A stretch of DNA of 63,190 nt, filler included. It is 9 parts of 9 records of this genome, joined end to end, with 100 filler letters (N's around TTAATTAATTAA, not from the genome) between each part and the next. Parts side by side here need not be neighbours in the genome. Positions count along the whole stretch, not along the records: positions 1 to 13,900 come from SRR7504441_7568; 8 more parts are not named here. One strand, given 5' to 3'. Position numbers and translations under genes: made by a program. The first letter of the stretch is position 1. Each line of letters begins with the position of its first letter. The notes below the pieces were generated by a model. It was not told where the DNA came from. It made no database searches and saw only the letters and a program-made list of their open reading frames with translations. This document shows, piece by piece, positions 1 to 11,312 of the stretch.

Positions 1-20
1 GGGGGGGGGGGGGGGGGGGG
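1..20. other. Poly-G run at contig start (probable sequencing/assembly artefact)
   Basis: 20 consecutive G at the contig edge. Confidence 0.6.
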
Positions 21-23
21 CAC

Positions 24-727
24 CTCGAATATTTCCTGCAGGAAACTGGCGCAGGCGGCGAGGCCGGTGTGGGTGCCGAGCGGCTCGGCCATCTGCAGTT
101 TCGGGTGCAGAAACCCGCACATGGCGTCCTCGCTCAGCGGAGTCGACGTGTCGTTGATCAGGTTCACCAGCTGCTGAACCGGATCTGCGCCACCGCTCCC
201 GCACCAGCCGAGCCCGGGGCGCACCAGGCTGGACAGGCTGCGTCGACAGCTCGAACGACCCGCACGAGGCGTCTAGGGCCTCGGGGTACAGCTGCTCTTC
301 GCCGATCGATTGGCACGAGCCTGACGAGCGCAGCGTGGTCTTGCCCATAGTGTCGATCATGCTTTGGATCGTGTCGGTCGATTTGAAATTAAACTTAACT
401 GACGCCCCGCCCCGCTTGGTCACCAAGCAATACATCTTGCTGCTCGCGTTGGGGAAATTCTGCACCAGCCGGTCAGCTTCCCCCCACGCTGCGGCGCACG
501 TTGGCCGCCTCCACTACGTCCGCGGAGGCCATGTCTGCCATAGAGTGGCAGGTCCGGCGCATCTTATGCCGCTCGACCGGCCCGTGCGAGAGCATGTCAG
601 ACCTGAATGGAGACCGTGGCCGCACCCGTTGCTGCTCAGACACTGTGTGCAGCTGCGCTGGGCACGACTGCACCCGGGGCAGCGCCGGGCGGGCCATCGG
701 GGCCGGCTCGGAGACCGGGGGCTGCAT
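24..727 (-). CDS. Hypothetical protein, 3'-truncated; possible ubiquitin-like fold followed by a SnoaL/NTF2-like segment
   Basis: ATG 727. GT-AG introns 460-499 and 185-224 (40 nt each) give a continuous frame ...VKFNFKSTDTIQSMIDTMG...LHPKLQMAEPLGTHTGLAACASFLQEIFE. Confidence 0.55.
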
Positions 728-1118
728 CGCTCACTCGCTCACCGGGGGGCACGCGCTGCCCCCGGCTCGGTGATCTGCGACCGCAGGCCGATGGTAGCGC
801 GTTACAGGCGCCACTGACCCAATAAATATGTGGCTGTGAGGCTCTCTTGACCCGAAACTTGGTGGATAAAACAAAAAATCGAAGAAATGAGGAGGGCCAC
901 TACTGGTAGCATCAAACAAGGCGACATGATCAAAGGAGAGCCCGCTGCTTTCCAGCCGCTCTCGAGAGGTAGTCATCCAGTAGAACTGTATTTTAATTGA
1001 ATCGGTGCTCACAATTAAACACCATAATGCTAGATATCGATCGCGCATCGCATAGGTGTGCGGCACTCTGATTGTGCTAGTATACACAAGCTTGGACCCC
1101 AAGCCGTCGGTGGGCCGC

Positions 1119-1995
1119 TTAGGCCACCTGGGCGCTCCGCTTGGGCACGGCGTTGAAGAACTCGTCCAGCTCCTCCTCTTCCTCCTCCGGGGACTTGCCC
1201 TGAAGGCACAACAAGTCCGCCGGCAGCTCTGGCGTGGCCTTATCCATCATAGAGTGCTTCTTCTTCTTGTCCGGGGTCCGGAAGATTTGCTCCCATTGCT
1301 TCTCCTTGGCCTTCATGCGCTCGTCGGCCTCTGAGAGCACCCCGCAGTCAGCAGCAGCGACAGACCCTCCACGCATAGCGCGGGGTATCATCGACAGCCA
1401 GCTAGCCAGGTGCGATAGCCAGGGGCGCACCCTTGGTCTCGTTGTCGGCCATGATCATGTGCACGTACCCGCTGATCGTCTCGGCCGCCTTCTTGGCCTC
1501 GCCCTGCCCCGGCCGCTAGCTGGCAGCCCAGGGCCGGGCGCACACCTTGACGGTCTTGAAGCAGTAAGCGGACTTAGTCTCAGTCGGTCCGTCGGTCCCG
1601 GCCAGGTTAATGTTGAACGACTCACTCCCGTGCGCCCAGGAGGCCACCGCGTAATACGACAGTGCGTTGTACATTTTCTGGCCCCGGCCGCTCGCCCGGC
1701 GCCCGCGGGCGTGGGGATACCGTCAGCGGCAGGTTCCAGAACTCTACGTGGCCCTCGGTGAAGACGGCCTTGACTTTGCCCGGCAGCTGCTGGTTGGCCG
1801 GAGTGCTCGACACCTGCGGCCGGCTCGCTCGGCGGTCGGGACGGGTGGGCGAACCTTGAACTCGAAGACGGTGTACTTGTCCAACCGCTTGGTGGGGGAG
1901 TCTGCGCAGCCAGGGGTGAGGGTCGGCGGGCGCGAGGGGCTGGGCGCACCGGCCAGGCCGCCCGCGTACTCGCAGTTGCTCTCGCTGTTGCCCAT
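1119..1995 (-). CDS. N-myristoylated small protein with FERM-F3/PTB-like (talin F3-like) domain
   Basis: MGNSES start. About five short GT-AG introns. Spliced product ...YYAVASWAHGSESFNINLAG...YCFKTVKGEAKKAAETISGYVHMIMA resembles the talin/MyTH4-FERM C-lobe. Stop at 1119. Confidence 0.65.
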
Positions 1996-2131
1996 GCTTC
2001 TCGGGTGTTGTGTGGATAATTCAGACTGAAATTACAGAGGCACACGACGGTTACTTCCTGAAGTTTGTGGGGCCCCTCTGCAGCTGTCTGTTGCCTTGTT
2101 GTTGATGGTGTGAGGAGGGTCAACACTGCCT

Positions 2132-4097
2132 ATGGGCTGGCGCAAAGAGGTACAAGAGCGGTCCGAGGCCCGGTGGGCGAGCGCCGACCCCGGCTCGCCC
2201 TCCCGCCGCCGCGCCGTCGACTCCACCTCGGCCGCCGCCTTCCTGGTCGGGGCGCTCGGACAAGCATGGATGGAGCGGATGCTCGGCCAACGGCTTTCTC
2301 TCTGGCGGGACAAAGCTCTGCCGGCCGACCCGGCACAGACCGAGCTGCTCGACCTGGTCTTCGCGCCCGGCCAGGACTGCGACGCTTGCGGGCTCAGCCA
2401 TCCGGAGCTGGTCCGGGCCTGGTTGGAGGCGGCCGCGGGGGCGGTCGCCGCGTTCCAGTACAACGGGACCGCAGCGCCGGAGGAGCCGGCCGGACCGTTG
2501 CGGCACCAACAGATGAGGGAGGCGCTGTTGCCGCTGACTCAGGCCGGCGGCGACGGTCCGCGCGTGCTCTTCCTCCGGTGGCGAGCGGGCGCGGCGTCCG
2601 CCTCACGTCAAGAGGAGGCGGACGCGCTTTACAACTCGCGGGACGCCGGGGCGCGGCATTACGACGAGCTGTGCGAGGTGAGGCGGCAGCTGGACCGGCA
2701 GACAGCCGAGCTGGCCGAGCTGCGGTATGAGAACGAGCAGCTGGGGCTTCGAGACTTGCAGCACAGCGAGGACGTCGAGGCCTGGAAGAGAGCCAGTCAG
2801 ACTGCCATCCACGATAAGGAGCAGGCGATCAGCGCGCTGCGGCAGACGGCCGAGGGGCTGCCCGGGGTCTGGGTGGATGACGAGCTGTCCGTGACGGAGC
2901 ATCAGCGACGAATGGCCCGGTGTGCTGCCTATCCCGATGCTCTGGCTGACTCCGTGCAGGTACGTGTCGCGGCACGCGCTCAATTCACTGTTTATATTTC
3001 AGTCGGCCCGGACCACCGGGCTGACGCGTGAGGCTTTGATCTGCTGGCGGCACCGGGCGGCAGGGCAAGCGCCACCGGTCGCCCAAGCAACGAGGCAGGC
3101 CGGAGGCCCAAGCGCCGGCCAGACGAGCAGTCAAGTGGAGCGGGCGGCGCAGGCCGAGGAGAGAGCCATGCTGGTCGAACGGCAGATGTCGGAGGCGATC
3201 AAGGCGACTAACGGGAGAGCAAATGCAGAGAAGGCTATGAAGAGGCGCCCGAGTATGGAGTGGCTCACTACCGCCGCAGACCCTCCCCCGCACAGCAACG
3301 GCACCGCGGCGCAGGAAGCGGCCGAGCTGGAGCGAGTGGTTGCGGAGACGGCCGCCACGCAGCGGGCGCTCGAAAGCGATGAACGTGACTTGCAAGGTTT
3401 CTTGGCGAGCAATGCACTAAGGATCCGACAAGTCCAGCCACCGGCCAATCAGACGCCCGAAGATCAGATTAACGGAATGGTGGCCGACCTGCCGTACGTG
3501 CGCAGCCCTGTCCCCGGGGCTGGCGAGACGCGACCGGAGGCCGGATCCAACCAGACTGTGCTGGACAGTCGGTCTATTAGCAGCTGGGCCGAGGAGAATA
3601 TCCGGGCCCAGCTCGAGGAGCACATGCGGGCCGAGGAGGAGATGGCCGGCCCGTCAGCTAAGACGACTCAGACTGTTAATGCCAAAATTAAAGTGAGGCC
3701 CAAGGCGGCGAATATGCGTGCCCAGCTGGAGGGCGCCGTGAGCAGCATGGCGCGGGACAACATCAAGGCCGGGCTGGTCCGGGCTCAGCTCAACGGAAGC
3801 GGCGTGAGTGGAGAGACTTTGGCGAGCATCAAAGACGGGCTGGCCCGGACGGCAGGCTCGAGCGATTCTAGTGACATCCTAACGGAAGCTCTAAGCCAGA
3901 AGGAGCTGGCTCAGCTGGAGGGGGAGCCGTTGGGCAGTCCGACCAGCATTACCCGGACCAAATTAGAGCGGCTCAGGCAGAGCTCCAAGGACAAGGGAGA
4001 GACGGGTAGTACGATGCGGAAGACGCTTCTCGACTCGTCTGCAATGAGGCAGGCGTTCCTGAACAAAGCCAAGGAAAAGTACGGGCACGCGTTCTGA
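2132..4097 (+). CDS. Hypothetical coiled-coil protein
   Basis: ORFs 2132-3031 and 2922-4097 are joined in frame by GT-AG intron 2960-3002. Confidence 0.7.
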
Positions 4098-4527
4098 CGA
4101 GCTGGGGGCGTTGTCAATCTTGTATTTATTCTGTGAATGCTTACCGGCTTCACAATCTGTCTGATTGTCACGGATGAACAGAGCGGAACCTTGTAAATAT
4201 ATAAGACCTGGTCCTACAACAGATCAAGACGGCTGAGCTGACCAGCACTTGCCGGTGCGCTCGGTGTCGGATATTAAACCAGAATTCTCACTAGTAGCAT
4301 TGATCCACACGCGCAAACTAGTACTATGTTTATTATTGTACTATCTCACTGAGTAGCAAGTAAGTACCGGTACTCGTACTCATATTGACATCTGGCCAGA
4401 CACGCAGCGGACCTTCAACCGATCGATCCAACTAACTAACTGAGCCCAGCCCGCCACACTGGCTAGCCAGGCTGGCTCGCCACCTCGGGCCCGGCTCAGC
4501 GCCCATGGCCGACAGCAGCCCCCCCGC

Positions 4528-5010
4528 TTACTTCTCGTCCGGCTCGAGCACACGATCCACAAGTTCGCCATCCGGTCCTACGTTGGTCTTGCCATCCACA
4601 TACGTCGGCGGCGGGAGCTCGTAGCAGTCAACAGACTGGAACACCCACTTCTCTCCGCCTTCGCCATCTGGGACTCCGATCATTTCTGCCAGCGTGCCTG
4701 CCCCAACCGCCAGCTCAGGCGAGGCGCTGGGCCGGCAAGAGAGTGGGGGGCAGGACCTGGGGGGAACTCTTTGTCGCAGTTGTAGCAGGTGAAGCCCTGC
4801 GGGCCCTTGTGCTCTATCAGTGAGCCTCCGCAGGCCGTGTGCAGGATCGGCTTGCCCGACTTGGATTTGCCCTTCCTGATCACGCCCCGGCGGTCATGAC
4901 CGGACCCAGCGGGAGAGGGCCTGCTAGTCCTAGGCCGAGCTCAAGCCAGTGTTACGGGCAAACGAGCTAAGCGGGCGCCATTAAGCCTCAGCTCACCAGT
5001 GCTTCGACAT
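4528..5010 (-). CDS. Small zinc-ribbon-like protein (HxxC...CxxC)
   Basis: ATG 5010 and two GT-AG introns give MSKHWPSP...ILHTACGGSLIEHKGPQGFTCYNCDKEFPPEMIG...EPDEK*. Confidence 0.6.
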
Positions 5011-5079
5011 GACTGACGACCACCCTGAGATGTCCGTTGGTGTCCGTTGGTAAAAGAGACTGCGAAGGCGTCCGCCAGG
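5011..5079. promoter_or_regulatory. 69-bp bidirectional promoter with tandem TGTCCGTTGG x2 (5031-5050; CCAACGG on - strand)
   Basis: Lies between divergent ATGs at 5010 and 5080; the motif recurs near other gene starts. Confidence 0.6.
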
Positions 5080-8000
5080 ATGAGTGCCGAGACTGCCTCC
5101 GACCCAGACCGGGTCGAGCCGGCGGCGGCGGCGGCGGTGCCGGTGGAGGACTGCTCGAATGAGGCCTCCTCGAGCGACCAGGACCCGGAGCTCACACACC
5201 GCTGGACGCTCTCCCAGTTCTCCAAGTACCTACCGGGGGAGAAGGCGAGCGGCTGCCCGGCCTACGCTGACTGGGCCGCAGGTGCTCAGCGAGCCGTTCT
5301 TGTTCAACGGGCAGCAGTGGCGGATCATGGCCTTCCCGCGGGGCAACAACGGCAACGCCGCGGCCCAGTGCGATGGCGACTGTTTCTCTCTCTTCCTCGA
5401 ATTTCATGAGGCGCCCGTCGGGCAGGGCCGGTGCTCTGATCGGGGCAGCGCAGGTGGCCACCAATACGCACGCGGAGGCGGCGGTGAAGACCAAGCTCAC
5501 GGTCCTCCGGGAAGGGGCCGAGGGGATCACCAAGAGCTTTTGCCGCGGGTTTTGCATGCGAGCTCAGCACCGCGATTGGGGCTTCAAAAAGATGTGCCTG
5601 GTGGCCGAACTTCAAGCCGACGGGTGGCCGGTCCGGCCGGCCGCTGTGCGAGCCCCGGCGGGCAGGTACATAACGGACGATTCGCTGCAAATCGAGCTTT
5701 CGCTATGGCAGCTCAAGGGCGCCACGCTTGAACAGACTCTTAAGACCAGGCACACGTCTGTAAACAAAGAGTTCATCATAGAATCGATCGCGGGCAACAA
5801 CGTGGGCGCATCGTTGGACCTGACCGGCCAGGCGCTGACCCCCGAGTTTGCGGTGTCCCTTGGCAAGTCGCTTCACTCCAATACGTCCATCACCAAACTC
5901 AATCTTGCGAATAATAAAATCGGACCCAAAGGCACCACCGCCGTGATGGCCGCCCTGCTCAACAACAGCACGCTCCAGGAGCTCTGCATGCGCGGCTGCT
6001 CGCTGGGGCCTGCTGGCGCGATGCAACTTACTCAGGCTCTGGTAGCAAATCCGGCGCTTAGTGTCCTGCATATAGGAGCCAACAGTCTGGAGCCCAAGGG
6101 CGGGACGCTGCTGGGCGGGATGCTGGCGTGCAACTCGTCGCTGACTGAGCTTTCCGTTGACTCGAACAAGCTTGGCGTGGCCGGAGTGGACGCTTTGCTC
6201 AAAGGGGTGCAGGGCAATACGAGCCTACGGCTGCTCGACTTGTGCGACAATGAGCTGGATAAGACGATCGGGCCGCAGCTGCGCGAGACGCTCGAGGCTG
6301 ACAACGCGCTCACTCAGCTCGGTCTGGCGAAGAACTCTCTAGGCTCTGGAGTGGATGAGGTCTGTATACGGCGGTGTGCCGGGGGCTGAAACTGTGCTTT
6401 GCCAGGTGCTTCAGACGCTGCAGTCGGCGAGTGCCAGGCTGCACACGCTGGACATCTCGTGCTGCAGCCTGGGGAGCGAGAAGCCGGACGTGCTCGCTGA
6501 GACTCTGGCCAAGACTAGCTGTTTGACTACTGTTAACATTGCGGGGAACGGACTGGGGTTGGACGGAAGCTCCGCAGTGCTCCGCTCGTTGTGTACCAAC
6601 ACCACGGTGGTGCGGCTTAACATGAATAACAACGGCATGGGCGGCGATATCGGGGCAACGATCAAGAAAATGCTGAAATTGAACAAGACCCTCCAAGAGC
6701 TGCATCTGGCCTGGAACGACCTCGGGCATGTGGGCGGGATCGCGGTGGCGAAAGGGCTCAAGATCAACGGGGCCCTCACGCACCTCGACCTGTCGCACAA
6801 TTGCCTCGGGGCTGCAAGCGGCGCGTCTCTCGAGCAGGTATGCCGCTCGTCTGGCCTGCGGGCTGTTCATGACGGCTTGTGCAGGCTCTTCTGGCAAATA
6901 CTAGTCTCAAAAATCTGTGTCTGCGGGGAAATCAGTTGGAGGCCAAGGCAGGTACCGGGATCCTGAACGCGCTGGGCAAGCCTGGGTTCCATCTTTCTTT
7001 GCTCAACTCAACTCTGGAGACTCTGGACATCAGCGACAACAACCTGGGCAAGGCTGCGGGCGCGGCGGTTCGCGGACTTCTGATCACCAACTCAGCACTT
7101 ACGAGCCTCAACCTGAGCTGCAATAACATCGGGGCGGCTGGGGCGCGGTGCTGGGAAGAGGACCACCTGCCGAGTACGTTCCAAGCACTCGATGCCAACC
7201 ACACGCTCACACATCTGAACATCAGTGCAAACAGCCTGGGTGCAGACGGCGACAAGGCGGTATACGGGCTGCTCAAGTACAGCGTGGCGCTGAAGGAGCT
7301 TGTTGTGGGCAACAATGAGTTCGGGCAGGACGCCACTCTCGGGATTCTACACGCTCTGATGGCGACGCTGCATTCGGATGTGGTTATCAAAGATCTCGAA
7401 GAAGACATTGAGATCCTCGAGCCGAGTGACCTCAAGTTGTTTGGGCTGCCGCAGCAGCAGGCGGCGGACGTGGTGATGGAGCACATTTACTACAAGCGGC
7501 GCAAAGCGCAGCAGGCGGCGCAGGAGGCTTCGGAACAGCACGCGGAGCAGCAGCTGAGAGCACTGCAGGAGGCTGACAAGAACGCTGAGGAGCAGGCAGC
7601 TCAGCTGCTGCAGGAGCTGGAGGCGGAGCAGGAGACAGCGGCAGCTGCCAAGAAGCGCAGGCGCGACAAGAAGAAGAAGAAGAAACAGATTAAGAAGAGC
7701 AAAGCTGAAGAAGGTGAAGATGAGGATGACGGAGACGACGAGGCAAACGATGAGGATGCTGCAAAGGAGGGGAACGGCGTCGGCGTGGCTGCTGAAGCTG
7801 AAGAGGACGAGGGAGGGCATGTTGAAGAGCCTCTTTCAAACGGACACAGCAATCACGATGAAGAGACTCACAACGACGCTGGGATGGGCTTGCAGGCGGA
7901 TGTGGAGGGCAACAGCAGTAGTACCGGATCAGATGGGATGCGAAGCGAGACTCCGGAGCCAAGTTATGATGCCACTGAGGAAGCGGACGGCAGCGCCTCG

Positions 8001-9051
8001 AGCGTGACTGCCGGTGCGTGTGCCTGTGAGTGCGTGTCTGAGTTGTTGGCGGGATGACAGGTGATCAGTTTAGCGGGGAGATGCCCGAGTATGACGACAG
8101 CGACACATGGCCCAGCTCCAAGCCTCGAATGCAGCAGTCAGATGACGACGACTGCGGCGCCGCTGAGTCTAGCCACTCCAACAGCATCCCCAATGGAGAG
8201 TCGTCAATGCCATCGCTCCCTTCAGTGCAGAAATCGGCCTCTTGGGCGACAGTGGCCAACTCGGGCGAACAGCCAGGCGAGTGCAGTGACCAAGGGTCGG
8301 AGCAGGTCGCTCAACTCAAGCTGAGTGTGCAGCAACTCAGGCAGACGGTGCAGCAGCTGAACGATCAGAACAATCAGCTGCAGGCTGATTTGGTCGAGCA
8401 GCAAGCGGTGCACCAGCAGCAGCAGGCGGCCGAGGCTCGGATCCATGAGCTCGAGGAGAAGCTGGGTACTCAGACTGCTGAGACGAGCGAGCTGGTGGCG
8501 CAAGCCGAGCGCGCAAAGGAGATGGAGCGGACCGTGTTGCAGATGGCGGCGAAGATAACTCAGATGGAGAGGGCGGGCGGGCAGCTTTTGCAGGAGAAGC
8601 AGAGGCTGCTGCTGCAGTTGGAACAGTGGCAGGGCAAGCAGCTGAGCTCGCTGAGCGATGCGCAGGTCTGAGCTGGGCTGCCGGGTGGGCTGAGCTGTGT
8701 GGACAGGTGGTGCAGTTGGAGCATCAGCTTCGTGAGTCGATGGAGGCGGCGCAGGCTGAAAACATCGAGCGGAGGATCCAGCGTCGGGCCAATGAGCTGG
8801 CACAGGCGATGGTTGCACAGCATCAGAAGGCAGACGGCGCGCAGGCTGGGATGAACGGGCCTAACAAAGGAGCTTTGGACAACTCTCGGAGCACCAGCTT
8901 GCATCCCAGCTTGCAGGCCGGGTCTGCAGACATGTTTGGGGGCGAGTTGGTGGAGGAAATGTTTTGGGATTCGTCTTGGGATTCCTATGGCGGCTGGCCT
9001 GCGTCGGGGATATGGTCGCGCCAAGCATCCTTGGAGCATCTTTGCACCTGA
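5080..9051 (+). CDS. MATH/TRAF domain + RI-like leucine-rich repeats (NLRC3/RanGAP-like) + acidic region + coiled coil
   Basis: MATH motifs HRWTLSQFS, SEPFLFNGQQWRIMAFPRG and DWGFKKM. More than 12 28-aa LRRs (NxxLxxLxLxxNxLGxxG). Introns 5245-5281 (GC), 5411-5453 (GC), 5624-5665, 6360-6405, 6838-6884, 8014-8060 and ~8666-8706. 3' end uncertain. Confidence 0.85.
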
Positions 9052-9456
9052 AGTTTGTTGGCACTGCGCCATAGTGGATCGCGAAGCATGTTTTGTGTAT
9101 GTTGTGTACCGGTACTTTCTTTCCGTGGTACGAGTACGCGTACGTAGATTGGAACCAAAGTTATAATATAAATTTATTCCTAATTTAAAACAAAAATAAA
9201 ACAACAAATGCTACGTAGCAACAGACCTTTACCTGCAAGCGGAGCGGTCTCTATTAATATAATACATGTAAGTTCATATTCATGCTATTTATTTTCTATT
9301 TCAAGAGTGTAATGTACAACGATTACTATTTACAATTGAGACGGCTCTTTTGCGATTATGTCAGTACTTGGTCCGTCGTGTTCTTATTGTGGTCTGACTT
9401 AGTTTACGTGGCCGCTCCAGGGTTGCGTATGATTAGAGTATGAGTGTGCACTATGT

Positions 9457-11193
9457 TCATTTGGATCCAAGCAGCGCCACATAAAGCTGCGAGTAGGCCA
9501 GCTCCAGATGGCTACAGAACTGGTCCACTTGGGTCGCCAGCAGCCGGGCCTCCTCCTCCACCGCCGCCAGCGAGCCGTGCACCTTGTCCATAGGGCCTTG
9601 GTGCACAGCGGTGGCCACCAGCCTCTGGGTGAACAAATACCTCAGGCTGCCAGCATTCCTCTTGAGAGAGCCTCGGAGCGAGGCAGTCAGCGCCTCAAGA
9701 CCGGGCAGCTTGCTCAGGCAGTCCCCGGCCAGCAGCTGCAGGTGCTCGGCCATGTTCCGGCAGAGCTTCTCTTTGCTCCTCGCCTGGCTGAACTGTTCCA
9801 GAACCTCCAGCTTGAGCTCCGTCTGCTCATCGGGACTCAGTCGGACACCGGCCGATTTGAGCAGAGCGTTCGCCAGCGTGCACAGCGCAGCGGCCACTGC
9901 CAGTCGTCGGACCTCCGCGCGGAACTTGCCCAGCCTGGCGGTGTCGAGGGCGAGGGTCTCTGGCAGCTCGCTGACTTGCACGCGCTGCTTGTTCTCGAGA
10001 GAAAGCTTCTCGAGCAGCGACCCGATCGCAGTCCTGTGGCAGTCCTTCATCGCCTGCAGCGAGGCACCGGCCGGGTTGGTGGTCTGCCAGGCCCGGTCGA
10101 GCCAGTCTGCGGTCCGGTCCAGGGCGAGCGCGCCCGAGCTGACGGCAAGTTGGATTTGGTCTCGCTCGAATTCGGCTCCGACGGATCGGAAGATAGGCCG
10201 GTACAGGGCCAGCTTGACGTTCATCTCAGTGGCCCGGTGCTTCTTGAGCTGGTCGAGCAGCTGGTGCAGCAGCCGGGCTGCGGCCGGGGCGTCGGCGCAG
10301 TTGGTGTCGACTCCACTCAGCCAGCCCAGGATAGCGGGTGACTCAAGCATACTCGACTCCGCCGCGGTCTTCCCGACAGCATGGACAAGTTCGCTCATTT
10401 GGGCGGGGCCGAGCGCCCCCTGCGCGACCATCTGGCAAATGTAAGCTGGGTCCAGCTGTTCCTTCATCGGTTGGCCGGAGATGGCACTGAGCGTGTCGCT
10501 GATTGCGTCGAGACTCCTCGCGACCACGCCGAGCGACCGGGCGGACGCCTTGCCCTTGCGGCCGATCTTCTCGAGCACGGCGGCCAGCTCCTCCTGCTGG
10601 GCCCTGTCGGCCGCCCGGACGAACAGGGCAACCACTTTGGCGTGCCCCTTGTCGGGCATGATCAGGCCCTCCTGAGAGAACTCAAACGAAGGGTCAAGGT
10701 TGAGCTCGTGGGCCAACTGCCAGCTGTACGGCAGGTCGTGCCCGATCAGCCGGCGCAGCGCGTTCCCGCTCTTCTCGCTCTTCTCGGCCGGCGGCTCCGA
10801 GGCCAACTGCTTGATCAGGTCGCACCGCTGGTGGACCGTCGACCAGGTCTGGACCGCGGCCACCAGCCGGCGGATGCGCTGGCTCGGGTGGGTGACGTGG
10901 GTGACGGTGGGCATGTCCCAGCTGGACAGACGCTCCAGGTCTATGGAGAGCTCCCGGAGCGCCAGGAGCGACTCGTCGCGCGAGAGCTGGTGGGTCTGGA
11001 CGGAGCGTGAGCGGCGCTCGAGCCAGGAGGCGTGCCGGCTCCGGGGCGGCTGCGGGGTGCTGGGGCAGTCGGGCCGGGCCCCGAGCTCGGATGGTGAATG
11101 ATGTCGCATGAAGGTGATTAGTGGTAGCGTCGTGTGGTGGTGATCCGACATGTTTGTTGGTTCGAATCGATGGCTCTCAGGCGTCCAAATCAT
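9457..11193 (-). CDS. TCP11: T-complex protein 11 (TCP11/SOK1) family protein
   Basis: Intronless 578-aa ORF. LAHELNLDPSFEF, LYRPIFRSVGAEFER and LPETLALDTARL match TCP11 motifs. Start could be 11151. Confidence 0.8.
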   Translation of the reverse strand: MIWTPESHRFEPTNMSDHHHTTLPLITFMRHHSPSELGARPDCPSTPQPPRSRHASWLERRSRSVQTHQLSRDESLLALRELSIDLERLSSWDMPTVTHVTHPSQRIRRLVAAVQTWSTVHQRCDLIKQLASEPPAEKSEKSGNALRRLIGHDLPYSWQLAHELNLDPSFEFSQEGLIMPDKGHAKVVALFVRAADRAQQEELAAVLEKIGRKGKASARSLGVVARSLDAISDTLSAISGQPMKEQLDPAYICQMVAQGALGPAQMSELVHAVGKTAAESSMLESPAILGWLSGVDTNCADAPAAARLLHQLLDQLKKHRATEMNVKLALYRPIFRSVGAEFERDQIQLAVSSGALALDRTADWLDRAWQTTNPAGASLQAMKDCHRTAIGSLLEKLSLENKQRVQVSELPETLALDTARLGKFRAEVRRLAVAAALCTLANALLKSAGVRLSPDEQTELKLEVLEQFSQARSKEKLCRNMAEHLQLLAGDCLSKLPGLEALTASLRGSLKRNAGSLRYLFTQRLVATAVHQGPMDKVHGSLAAVEEEARLLATQVDQFCSHLELAYSQLYVALLGSK

Positions 11194-11209
11194 GTGCCCA
11201 AAATTTGAT

Positions 11210-11270
11210 TAACGGAACAAAGTTAACCGGTTGCTAATTCGGGAAAAGATGTCCGTTGATTTAACGGACA
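11210..11270. promoter_or_regulatory. Bidirectional promoter with three YAACGG sites, including inverted pair TGTCCGTT-gattt-AACGGACA (11250-11270)
   Basis: Lies between divergent TCP11 and phospholipase genes. Confidence 0.55.
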
Positions 11271-11312
11271 ACGTGAGCCAGATCGCCTTGACCGTCGGAG
11301 AGGAGGGGGGTG

